Below, one piece after another: positions 38,070 to 46,732 of a stretch of DNA of 50,468 bases (its first letter is position 1; every line of letters starts with the position of its first letter). Origin of the DNA: Opitutia bacterium (GTDB taxonomy: Bacteria > Verrucomicrobiota > Verrucomicrobiia > Opitutales > T3Sed10-336); the NCBI GenBank assembly GCA_050506795.1, contig JBJHCF010000016.1, positions 26,736 to 77,203 of the forward strand, read 5' to 3'. The notes under the pieces are model-generated. The model was given only the letters and a program-made list of their open reading frames with translations. It had not been told where the DNA came from and ran no database searches. Both the position numbers and the translations under genes were made by a program.

Positions 38070-38140
38070 CGCGAGTCGCACTCCGTTGAGACGGTTCATC
38101 GTTTGATGAATCAGAATCAAGACCGGGATCGCGATTCCGC

Positions 38141-38232
38141 TTCCTGGAGGGCGGCGCTCCCGCGCAGCCGGTGCGGCCAGGATGCCCGCGCGGCCAGGTC
38201 GGCGGCCATGCGGGAGCATGGCCCTCCAGGAA
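38141..38232. repeat. TGGAG-family REP inverted doublet between convergent genes
   Basis: TGGAGGGCGGCGCTCCCGCGCAGCC (38145-38169, +) and TGGAGGGCCATGCTCCCGCATGGCC (38204-38228, -). Confidence 0.85.
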
Positions 38233-38282
38233 AACAGCTCGAATGAGCTTGCGCGGGCGAAGAACATGAGCCGCCTATCCGC

Positions 38283-39164
38283 TCAGTTTACCAGCACCAG
38301 CAGAACGGCGACAAAGATCAGGATTCCCGAAATCGTTCGGCGGGTCATCACCGCCGCACCCGCCGAACGTTCCACATTGCCGAAGAACGAACCGATCGAT
38401 ATCACCAGGAGAATGCTCATAATCCCGCGCAAGCTGTAGACCACATTGACCGCGGTGGCGCTTCCGTAGGTGGTGAGCGCATACGCGATGCTGAGGGCTT
38501 GCAGGGCAAGGAGGACGACCCCGGGAGCCAACCAACGCCAGGCCGAGCCAGGCATGGTGCGCAAGGGATCTCGAAAGAACGGCATGAATCCCACAGATAA
38601 GACCGCCACCATGCCGAATACGATCGGGGCGAAACGTCGAAAACCCCACTCGGCGCCATACCGTTGCATCAGGACATCACAGACCGCGAAGCTGGCGCCG
38701 CTGAGGAGAGCAAAGGCAATGGAAACAATAAGGCGGTTCCTGTCGGCGGGACGCCCCACCCGCAACAACCAGACCGACCAGAACGCCAACATCGCCGCAA
38801 CCCACCAGGCGAGGGGCACCGGCTCCGGCAGTATGATGACGGAAATCGCCGCGACAAAAATCACTTTGCTCCCCATAAGCGGCGTCGCCACCGAAACGTC
38901 GCCTTTGCGCAGAGCCAGAATGGTAAAAGCCTGCCCGAGGAAAAAGAAGACCGCGGTGATCGCGGGGGCGGACCAATTCTCCTCCAACAGCCCTCCTTCG
39001 GCTCCCAGCAGTAGGGGGAGAAACAGAAGCCCGAGTGTGACGTTGGCGACGAATCCGGTCCGCAACACCCCCGCTCCCTCTTCCATCGCACGTTTGAGGA
39101 AAAGCGCGCTCAGCGCGTACCCCAACGCGGACGCCAGGGGAAACAGAAGGAACCACGAACTCAT
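38283..39164 (-). CDS. DMT/EamA family transporter
   Basis: About 10 TMs, ALRKGDVSVATPLMG.K. Confidence 0.88.
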   Translation of the reverse strand: MSSWFLLFPLASALGYALSALFLKRAMEEGAGVLRTGFVANVTLGLLFLPLLLGAEGGLLEENWSAPAITAVFFFLGQAFTILALRKGDVSVATPLMGSKVIFVAAISVIILPEPVPLAWWVAAMLAFWSVWLLRVGRPADRNRLIVSIAFALLSGASFAVCDVLMQRYGAEWGFRRFAPIVFGMVAVLSVGFMPFFRDPLRTMPGSAWRWLAPGVVLLALQALSIAYALTTYGSATAVNVVYSLRGIMSILLVISIGSFFGNVERSAGAAVMTRRTISGILIFVAVLLVLVN

Positions 39165-39291
39165 CCCGGAATCAGGCAGATAATTCCCGCGATGGCAACC
39201 CCGACGCCAAGCCCCACCCGACCGCTGCGATGTCCATCGCGCCGCCAAAGAAGACTACCGCCGCCAGCATGGTCTCAATTTTGTAAGCCAG

Positions 39292-40203
39292 TCACCGCGT
39301 GAACCAGCCCAACTGCTCGGAACTCGTCCGGTAGATGAGTCCAAGGATGTGCGCCTGCACGATGCCGAAGTAAAAACTGAAAAACGACAAAACTGGAATG
39401 GCGATCAGGAAGCCAAGCGAGTTCCTCAACGTTTGATCCAGGTGATGACCCAACAAAACAGTGGCGACCAGCAAAGATACAATCAGAAGGTAACGTAAAA
39501 AGATCCGGGAAATCGAAGGCAGCGTGAAGAGAGGGTTTAATCCGGTAAACACCGAATTGAAGATCACGGTAACCAACAAAGCCATCGGCAGCAGGAACAG
39601 ACCCGCATAAAGCAGGATCAAGGGAAGCCAGGCGTACTCAGCGGGACGGTCCGCCAGGACGATCGCCGCCACTATGGCCGGCAGCATGCACCCCAGGGTG
39701 GTGAAAACGAACTGCATCAGGGGAACGATAATATCACCCCACACATCCGACGCCGAGGGAAAGTTGGCGACTTGATTTTCGCCAATGGCGGTCTCACGAA
39801 TGATGGCGAAGAGATAAGCGATAAAATATCCAAACAGAATTATGTAAGCGAAGATGCCGATGATCGGGGCAAAGGTGACAATCTTCATCATCGAAAAAAG
39901 AATGGTGCCGGATACGAGAATGATCCAAGCCGCTGAACCGCGGAACGGGTAAACGAAAGCCCCCGGGAGCGCCCCCAAAAAAGCGGGAGGCTTGTCTTCC
40001 GCCAGATGTCCCGAATCCGGATTGATCCTCCCCCGGCTGGCCTGCTCCGCATAGACCTCGGCCAGAGGGCGCCACTCCGGCATACCGTCCGTCCACGCCA
40101 TATCATCCCAAGCCAGCGTACCCTCGTCCACAAGGCCGGCGATCTTCGCGCTGGGAAAGGGGCCGATTTGCTCGCCTTTCCGGGTAATGTATATGTTGCT
40201 CAT
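39292..40203 (-). CDS. GYF_2 (DUF4339) domain membrane protein
   Basis: GEQIGPF...AWTDGMPEWRPL, followed by about 6 TMs (AFVYPF). Confidence 0.85.
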   Translation of the reverse strand: MSNIYITRKGEQIGPFPSAKIAGLVDEGTLAWDDMAWTDGMPEWRPLAEVYAEQASRGRINPDSGHLAEDKPPAFLGALPGAFVYPFRGSAAWIILVSGTILFSMMKIVTFAPIIGIFAYIILFGYFIAYLFAIIRETAIGENQVANFPSASDVWGDIIVPLMQFVFTTLGCMLPAIVAAIVLADRPAEYAWLPLILLYAGLFLLPMALLVTVIFNSVFTGLNPLFTLPSISRIFLRYLLIVSLLVATVLLGHHLDQTLRNSLGFLIAIPVLSFFSFYFGIVQAHILGLIYRTSSEQLGWFTR

Positions 40204-40323
40204 TGGCTGCCGAAATTGGTCGACCCGATACCCGCAATAGTGCAAATGATCGATCGATCAGGTCAAGTCCGCATCCAACCCCGTATTTCCAAACTTGCTG
40301 CGCGTTTTTCCTTTCATACTCCA

Positions 40324-40361
40324 ACGACAATAAAACGATCAGCTTATAATTTTATTGTCGT
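40324..40361. repeat. AT-rich palindrome, copy 2
   Basis: ACGACAATAAAACGATCAGCTTATAATTTTATTGTCGT; reverse complement matches 27077-27115 at 35/39. Confidence 0.85.
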
Positions 40362-40464
40362 CACGAGACGTTCACGGATGTGCGGGCGGAGATGCCCGCT
40401 TTCCCGGCATCCATAACCAAATTCCCTTGTCATTCCGTTTCATCTTCGGTAGCCCCACAACATC

Positions 40465-40644
40465 ATGCACGGAAAAGTATTCCCCTTGGCACTCCTTTCC
40501 ACATCGATTGCGGTTTCGCTGTTATTGCTCTCCGCAAAGCACCTTTCGGCAGCCTTGTCCATGAGCCCCTTCACAGCAACGGCAACGTCACCCGCACCTA
40601 CCGTGACTCCGAACCACTGGCCGGGCAGCCCAAACGATTCCTAA
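40465..40644 (+). CDS. Small ORF (59 aa) with signal-peptide-like N-terminus; possibly a remnant
   Basis: MHGKVFPLALLSTSIAVSLLLLSAKHLSAA... Absent from the ORF track because of length. Confidence 0.4.
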   Translation: MHGKVFPLALLSTSIAVSLLLLSAKHLSAALSMSPFTATATSPAPTVTPNHWPGSPNDS

Positions 40645-40678
40645 AACTCACCGTGCGCGGCGACTCCTTGATCTGCAA

Positions 40679-41269
40679 ATGAAAATCTCCAAACGCCAAG
40701 GCACCGATATCACACCCTACCTCGACGATCTGGCGGCACTCCGCATCCAGGTTTTCAGGGAGTTTCCCTACCTGTACGACGGCAATCGGGATTACGAACG
40801 TCAATACCTTCAGACATACATCGACTCACCTCGCAGCCTGGCTGTGCTGGTTTGCGCGGACGATCGTATCGTCGGCGCCTCGACCTGTGTTCCGTTGGAG
40901 GACGAGGACGCCGCTTTCCGCCTCCCCTTCGAAAACGCGGGCATCGATCCCGCCGAGGTCTTTTACTTCGCCGAATCCATCCTCCTGCCGGAGTTCCGTG
41001 GACGCGGCCTGGGCAAGCGTTTCTTCGACGAACGCGAAGCTCACGCCTTAAGCTTCGGCTGTTTTCGTTATACCGCCTTCTGCGCCGTCGAACGCCCCGC
41101 CGACCACCCCCGCCGTCCGGCAGGCTACCGCCCGCTCGACGGCTTTTGGCAAAGCCGCGGCTACCGCAAACAACCTCACCTGCAAGCCCGCTTCCCCTGG
41201 CGCGATCTCGACGACGAGCACGAAACCGAAAAGGCCCTGACATTCTGGATGAGAGCTTTGGATACATGA
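40679..41269 (+). CDS. GNAT family N-acetyltransferase
   Basis: LRIQVFREFPYLYDG, FYFAESILLPEFRGRGLG. Confidence 0.92.
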   Translation: MKISKRQGTDITPYLDDLAALRIQVFREFPYLYDGNRDYERQYLQTYIDSPRSLAVLVCADDRIVGASTCVPLEDEDAAFRLPFENAGIDPAEVFYFAESILLPEFRGRGLGKRFFDEREAHALSFGCFRYTAFCAVERPADHPRRPAGYRPLDGFWQSRGYRKQPHLQARFPWRDLDDEHETEKALTFWMRALDT

Positions 41270-41359
41270 TCCGGAGGAGAGGCGGGCAGGATGTCCGCGC
41301 TTCCAGTCGCTCATTTGCTTACGGTATCCCTCGAGCCGGTTCCCACTCTTGCTTTTTCG

Positions 41360-42676
41360 CTACTTCATTTTAGCTTCATCAGCCGCGGCAGCGGCTGTTT
41401 GCCGCGGACAGTTCCTCGGCTCTGGGATTCGCAGCAGGTAAAGGAGCGAAACGGTCATCAAAACGGCCGACAAAAGGGCTGCCGGGTACAGGGCGCCGAA
41501 TACCTCGCGAACCGCCGTCGCCAGCACCGCCGCCAGCAACATGGCGGGAAAGATGGCGAACTGGAGGAGCGCCAGATACGTCGGGCGTCTGCGGTCCGGG
41601 CACAGTTCGATGCTCAAGGTGCTCCGACCCACCATTTGAAAGGATGTGGCGCAGCCCAGGATAAAAAACAGCAACACGAATCCCCATGCGGCCGTATTGA
41701 CGATAGCCCCCACCGAGAGGATCACAAAAAGCACCTTGGCCCAGACGAACACCACCTTTCCCCCGAAACGATCACCCATCCAGCCCGCGATTAAAACGGA
41801 CCCGATGTTTCCCGCCATCTGCGCCTGTACCAGGAGACCCAGGAAGGACTCGCTGCGCCCCGTGGTATGAAGCGCATGGATCGAGAGATAAGGAATCATG
41901 ATGAATATTCCCACGCCGAAACATTGTGAGACAATGAAGCGACGGAATTCGCGATCGTCTCGAAGGATCTTCGGCATGCTCGCAAGATTAACCAGCAGGC
42001 CGACTCGTTCTTTTTCGGGCGGAGGCGCCCGGCGAGGTTCCTTCATAAACGCGAAAAGCGCCAGTGAGAACAGAAGAATACCGAAGACGATAAAGTGCAA
42101 CTGGGCGTAACCTTCGGCGCCGGGAGTGCGCTCCAGGATGATCCGGATTATCTGGCCGGCCAACAGACCGATCACTCCCCCGATCACCGCGCGCACCGCC
42201 ATGACCGAACTCCTCCGGTTGGGCGGAATCATGCGGGAAGTCAGCTCCACCCAGGCCGCCCACGAAACTCCTCCCGCCAGACCGGACAGCAACGGCGCCA
42301 GAGCGACCAGGGCCAACACCAAGACGGGATAGTCATCCGCCCAAAAAAGCAACGCCAGGCCCGCCAGCAAAAACACCGCTCGTTGGGGAATGCCGCAGAG
42401 AATAATGAACCCTTTGAGGCGCGGAAGCCGCTCCGTGATGTGAGCCATCAACAAGGGAGGCCACATGAATCCCAGGAACATCATCATCGGCACGAGCGAA
42501 ATCAGCCAACTCGGCCCCCCAAGGGATTCGATGATTGGGGGGAGAACGCTGTCGAAGGCGATAAACGCGATTCCGCCCATGAAAAAGCCTCCCTCCAGAA
42601 AATGGAGGGTGTAATTGCGGCGGAAATATTTCCGGGCGTCGGAGGCCTCGGCCTCGTTTTCAGTTTGGTTCGGCAT
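41360..42676 (-). CDS. MFS transporter
   Basis: About 12 TMs, GWMGDRFGGK, ELCP..RRPTY. Confidence 0.88.
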   Translation of the reverse strand: MPNQTENEAEASDARKYFRRNYTLHFLEGGFFMGGIAFIAFDSVLPPIIESLGGPSWLISLVPMMMFLGFMWPPLLMAHITERLPRLKGFIILCGIPQRAVFLLAGLALLFWADDYPVLVLALVALAPLLSGLAGGVSWAAWVELTSRMIPPNRRSSVMAVRAVIGGVIGLLAGQIIRIILERTPGAEGYAQLHFIVFGILLFSLALFAFMKEPRRAPPPEKERVGLLVNLASMPKILRDDREFRRFIVSQCFGVGIFIMIPYLSIHALHTTGRSESFLGLLVQAQMAGNIGSVLIAGWMGDRFGGKVVFVWAKVLFVILSVGAIVNTAAWGFVLLFFILGCATSFQMVGRSTLSIELCPDRRRPTYLALLQFAIFPAMLLAAVLATAVREVFGALYPAALLSAVLMTVSLLYLLRIPEPRNCPRQTAAAAADEAKMK

Positions 42677-42854
42677 GAACGGCGGAAAGTGCTGGGTCTC
42701 GGATCGTCCCGCGGACCATGCGGATCGCGGGATTGAGACCGAGGGGACGACGCACGGCCCTTGTGTGGCATAAATTCGTTGGAACGTTGTTGAGTCACTC
42801 TCTTTTTCTTGAATTCATTTGTCCAGCCCCGGAGTTCTTGGATATTTTTTTTCA

Positions 42855-43238
42855 ATGGCGGCCAACTGGATCGGGTTCCTTTTTCTGACGTTCGCGGGCA
42901 GTTCGCTTGGCGGACTCTGTCGTTATTTGTTGTCCGGTTGGGTTTCATCCCGGTTCGGCGAACGGTTTCCCGCCGGAACGATGGTGGTCAATGTGAGCGG
43001 CGCCCTGCTGATCGGGTTTATCTGGGCGGCTGCCTCCCCCGGCCCGCTCCGTGATTTCCTGACGTTCGGGTTCCTCGGTGGCTACACAACAGTCTCCTCG
43101 TTCACCCTTAATACGTTGAACCTCCTGCAGGACGGCGAATGGTTCTACGCGGGATGGAACCTGGCCGGCACGTATGTTTTATGCCTGGCCGCCGTTTTTG
43201 CCGGGGCCGGTATCGCCAGCCTGATGCAAAGTTTGTGA
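42855..43238 (+). CDS. crcB: Fluoride channel Fluc/CrcB, copy 1
   Basis: GGLCRY, FPAGTMVVNVSG, GFLGGYTTVSSF. Confidence 0.92.
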   Translation: MAANWIGFLFLTFAGSSLGGLCRYLLSGWVSSRFGERFPAGTMVVNVSGALLIGFIWAAASPGPLRDFLTFGFLGGYTTVSSFTLNTLNLLQDGEWFYAGWNLAGTYVLCLAAVFAGAGIASLMQSL

Positions 43239-43241
43239 TGC

Positions 43242-43397
43242 ATGGAGATCGAGATTGCGGATACGGAGGAAAAAATCCGCGAGTTTCTTCCCGAACTCGA
43301 CCGCATGGTGCAGGACGGGTTGGTCACTCTCGAAACAATCGAAGTGATTCGTTACCGGGCCGATTCGGAAAAGGCCGGAAAGCGTCAGGAGTCATGA
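43242..43397 (+). pseudogene. C-terminal half of a DUF190 (PII-like) protein
   Basis: MEIEIADTEEKIREFLPELDRMVQDGLVTLETIEVIRY..., 51 aa; ATGA overlap with crcB copy 2. Confidence 0.75.
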
Positions 43398-43798
43398 GGA
43401 TCGCGCTCTCTGTAGCGCTCGGCTGCGGGCTTGGCGGAGTGGCCAGGGTGGCGATCGCCGGCTGGATGCTATCGGCCTTTGGGGGGCATTTCCCCTTTGG
43501 TGTCCTTACCGTGAATATTCTCGGTTCCTTTGGCATCGGGCTTGGCGCGGCGATGACTTCCCCAAACGGTCGACTCTTTATCGGGCCTGCCGGACGACAG
43601 TTTTTCCTCGCCGGGTTTTGCGGCGGATTCACCACGTTTTCCTTCTTCAGCCTCGAAACGATGCATTTCCTCCAGGAGAGTCGCATCCTTGCGGCGGTGC
43701 TCTATTCCACGTTGACCCTCATTTTGTCCATGATCGCCGTTTGGCTTGGAGATGTCGTCGGTCGCAGAAGCGGTCTGCGTCGGCTCGATGCCGGGTAA
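43394..43798 (+). CDS. crcB: Fluoride channel Fluc/CrcB, copy 2
   Basis: GGVARV, FPFGVLTVNILGSF, GFCGGFTTFS.FSLE. Confidence 0.92.
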   Translation: MRIALSVALGCGLGGVARVAIAGWMLSAFGGHFPFGVLTVNILGSFGIGLGAAMTSPNGRLFIGPAGRQFFLAGFCGGFTTFSFFSLETMHFLQESRILAAVLYSTLTLILSMIAVWLGDVVGRRSGLRRLDAG

Positions 43799-43847
43799 CG
43801 CCCAGTTTCCACTGTAGAGAGGCATAGCCTCAGACCAGGAGTAATCA

Positions 43848-43926
43848 CACCGCAGAGAGGGGAAGGGCGCAGAGCAGGACAAGACATACCGAATGATTTC
43901 TCTGCGACCGTCCAACCTCTGCGGTG
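43848..43926. repeat. Inverted repeat (CACCGCAGAG...CGCAGAG / CTCTGCG...CTCTGCGGTG)
   Basis: 10-bp perfect outer arms plus 7-bp inner arms. Confidence 0.7.
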
Positions 43927-44033
43927 CCAAAAAAACCTGACTCATCAGCAACAACTTTTCCTGTTTTGGGACGCTAGTTAAAATCAGAACGAAGCGGAGT
44001 CAGGCTTAATCAAATCGCATTGGCTATTTCCGC

Positions 44034-44151
44034 TGCGGGCCAGGCTCCCGCATGGCCGATTTCGCCCCGGGCGGAGGTTGTGACCGTTTCTCTTTCCCAA
44101 TGTCCATCACACAGCCCACGCCGTCCGGCGGCGCGGGAGCGCCGCCCTCCA
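44034..44151. repeat. TGGAG-family REP inverted doublet (left copy degenerate)
   Basis: GGCCAGGCTCCCGCATGGCC (44038-44057) and perfect minus-strand copy 44127-44151. Confidence 0.8.
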
Positions 44152-44200
44152 GCAAACAGGAGTCATCGGATAAGGGTGGGAAGGGGGGATCTTACCCACG

Positions 44201-44881
44201 TCACGCCGGCGAAGGAGCAGCAACCGGAGTCTTGTTGCAGAGCTCCGCAACCATCTCATCAACGGCTCGTTCGGCCCCCAGGAGAGACCGCGTGGCGCGA
44301 TCGTCCTGGAACTCGTCGTATCCGGCTCGAATGAAATGGAGGTCGGTCAACCCGATAAACCCCAGGACGGTTTTGAGGTGGGGCTCCAGGTGGTTCATGT
44401 GCCACAACTCCCCGCCGGGGTGCATGGCACCGTCGCCGGCCGAAACAATAATCACAACCGGCTTGTCCTCCAGGAGCGGCCGATAGGATTCGGCCGCGTC
44501 GGGATCGAACGCCACCGTCCGCCCGATGCGCACCACCTGGTCGAAATAGGCTTTCAACTGGGCGGGCATTCCGAAGTTGTATATCGGCGCGCCCAATACA
44601 ATAAGATCCGCCCGCCGGATTTCTTCGATAAGTTGTTCGCTCTCGCTCAAAACCTTCGACGGCGGTTCCGGTTGAGGATCGGCGAACGCGGCGGCGATCC
44701 ACTCCTCGTTTACCGTCGCCGGCGACCGAGTCCCGACCTCGCGCTCGATCACTTGAGAGCTGGCGTTGCGTTCGAGCCATTGCGAAGCGAATCGGGCAGT
44801 CAGACGGCGGGTGATCGAACGCGTAACGCGTCCGCTGGAATTAACGACAAGCAATGTATTCCTGCCTCCATTATGCAACAA
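44201..44881 (-). CDS. azoR: FMN-dependent NADH-azoreductase; start codon uncertain
   Basis: NSSGR...SITR.L, GAPIYNFGMPAQLKAYFDQVVRIG, HLKTVLGFIG. No in-frame ATG at the N-terminus. Confidence 0.88.
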   Translation of the reverse strand: MLHNGGRNTLLVVNSSGRVTRSITRRLTARFASQWLERNASSQVIEREVGTRSPATVNEEWIAAAFADPQPEPPSKVLSESEQLIEEIRRADLIVLGAPIYNFGMPAQLKAYFDQVVRIGRTVAFDPDAAESYRPLLEDKPVVIIVSAGDGAMHPGGELWHMNHLEPHLKTVLGFIGLTDLHFIRAGYDEFQDDRATRSLLGAERAVDEMVAELCNKTPVAAPSPA

Positions 44882-44892
44882 AACCGCACACC

Positions 44893-44935
44893 TTGCTTCA
44901 TCTCAAATTTGTGAGCCGCTCACTAAAAAGTGAGT
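44893..44935 (-). promoter_or_regulatory. Putative HxlR operator/promoter, copy 1
   Basis: CTCAC-N6-GTGAG; 36/43 identical to 45875-45917. Confidence 0.75.
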
Positions 44936-44942
44936 CCGCGCA

Positions 44943-45791
44943 CTACCCGATTACCAAACAGACTATGCCGCTCAATGCAACCATTACGCCCACCACCTGT
45001 ATCCGCGTCAGGCGTTCGCACAGAATCCCAAACGCCAGCAGGCTGGTGGCGACCGGGGAGAGTGCTCCGGCAACGGACACGATCGACACGTATCCATCCA
45101 TCACCGCAATAGCAAAGGCGGCGAAGCCGAGTCCCTGGCACACGCCGGTCGCGGCGATCAATCCCCACGCGCTTGACAACCCGGAACGTTCGGTCGCCTT
45201 CAGGATCCAAAGCAGAAGAAGCGGCGGTATCGATCCCGCCAGAACCATCGTTACAGGCCAAAGTGGATTGTCGGTCGTCCCCTGCCCCAGAAACACAAAA
45301 GAGAATCCGAAAAAGATTCCCGCGAGGACCCCATCCGCGATCCCGTTAAAACCGCCTTGAGGGCGACCGCCTGCCTCCTGGCGCCCTTCGTTTCTCCGTA
45401 TGACAAGAAGCAGGGCGACGGTAACCGCCAGAACCCCGAAAATCGCGATACCTGACGGCCGTTCTCCAATGGCGATGCCAATGAAGAACGGAACCGCGGC
45501 TGAGAACACCCCCATAACCGTCGCGACCCATCCCATTGCCCCGCGGGTCAGTCCCTGGTAATAACGCACGACGCCGAAACCGACCATCAGCCCGGCCGCG
45601 AATCCCCAGAGTAGCCCCGATAAGGTAGGTGCACCTCCAAGGAGCACCGCGGCCAATCCAGCCAAAACCGCCGCGAGCAGTTGGGAATAAAGCGATACCG
45701 TCAAGGCCGCGGCCTTTCGTGACGCCAGGCCGGCGAGAAAATCACCCGCGCCAAACCCAAGCGCGGTTAATAAAATGAGCAGCGGTGTCAT
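44943..45791 (-). CDS. DMT/EamA family transporter
   Basis: GAGDFLAGLASRK, GERPS, LCERLTR.Q; about 10 TMs. Confidence 0.9.
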   Translation of the reverse strand: MTPLLILLTALGFGAGDFLAGLASRKAAALTVSLYSQLLAAVLAGLAAVLLGGAPTLSGLLWGFAAGLMVGFGVVRYYQGLTRGAMGWVATVMGVFSAAVPFFIGIAIGERPSGIAIFGVLAVTVALLLVIRRNEGRQEAGGRPQGGFNGIADGVLAGIFFGFSFVFLGQGTTDNPLWPVTMVLAGSIPPLLLLWILKATERSGLSSAWGLIAATGVCQGLGFAAFAIAVMDGYVSIVSVAGALSPVATSLLAFGILCERLTRIQVVGVMVALSGIVCLVIG

Positions 45792-45874
45792 GGCTGGATA
45801 CCGCTCTTTGGCGATCTATGTTCGAATCGATTGCTGAAGTTCATAACCTCCAGTATGCCATGCGACAGGAGGTT

Positions 45875-45917
45875 TTGCTTCGTCTCAACTTCGTGATTCG
45901 CTCACAAAAAAGTGAGC
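45875..45917 (-). promoter_or_regulatory. Putative HxlR operator/promoter, copy 2
   Basis: GCTCAC-AAAAAA-GTGAGC palindrome. Confidence 0.75.
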
Positions 45918-45929
45918 ACCAGGGCCGCT

Positions 45930-46304
45930 TCAACCCTTCGCTGCCAACCGTCCCTGCTTCTGTGATTCAAGGTAGCGAGCGCCCCACTCTTCCAACTCAT
46001 CCATGACCTTGGAAAGGTCCCTGCCCAAACCGGTGAGCGCGTACTCGACACGGGCGGGAACTTCCGGATAAACCGTTCGGGCCACCACCCCGTCCGCCTC
46101 CAGTTGACGTAACTGCACCGTCAGCACCTGGGCGGTGATTTCCGGCAGGGCGCACTGGAGGTCGCAATAACGTTTGGTCCCACCGCACAACTCATACAGA
46201 ATCGAGGGCTTCCATCGCCCCCGGATCACATCGATCGCCGCCTTCACCGGGCAATTGTCCCGCAAACGGTCGTACGGCTGGCTGTAGTCTTTGGGTGTTT
46301 TCAT
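45930..46304 (-). CDS. HxlR family winged-helix regulator
   Basis: CPV...DVIRGRWK, LRQLEADG.V.R..YPEVPARVEY.LT. Confidence 0.93.
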   Translation of the reverse strand: MKTPKDYSQPYDRLRDNCPVKAAIDVIRGRWKPSILYELCGGTKRYCDLQCALPEITAQVLTVQLRQLEADGVVARTVYPEVPARVEYALTGLGRDLSKVMDELEEWGARYLESQKQGRLAAKG

Positions 46305-46385
46305 TTTCAATTCATATCAATAACTCGCTCCCCCTCCTCGCAAGCAACTCATCAAGTGCAAGGGTTTCAAAACCTCTCGAGAGCC

Positions 46386-46548
46386 CTACCGTCCCATCGC
46401 CTTTTGCAGGGCAACGAACTGAAGCGCCACCCCCCGCGTCGGTCTGGGCAAGCTCATCTTCAAGTTGAGCGACTGCTCGCTCGGAGTCGAGAACAACCTG
46501 AAAGTCGGCAGTTCCTTGCGTGTACTCGTGGCGTGCCAGTTCCACCGC
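46386..46548 (-). pseudogene. Frameshifted C-terminal remnant of an OprM/NodT-type efflux outer-membrane factor
   Basis: AVELARHEYTQGTADFQVVLDSER...ELAQTDA, then in another frame GVALQFVALQKAMG; shift at the G6 run 46430-46435. Confidence 0.7.
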
Positions 46549-46732
46549 CCATAAGTCCATTCAGTCCATAGGTCCATCCCGTCAGTTTAGTCCTTCCCGT
46601 CCATTCTCCCATGCTCGACACAACCGTCCCCTTGGAGAAAACACTTTTGCATGAATTCGTGGATTGACCCCATCCGCTCCCAATGTATTGGGCTTGTAGG
46701 CGACCGCCACGTGAGAAAGTATCAAAACCAAC

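Noticed and set aside
42695..42740. Hairpin upstream of crcB as a fluoride or guanidine riboswitch
   Set aside because: No GGCGATGG...CTGATG consensus and no paired ACGR-loop hairpins.
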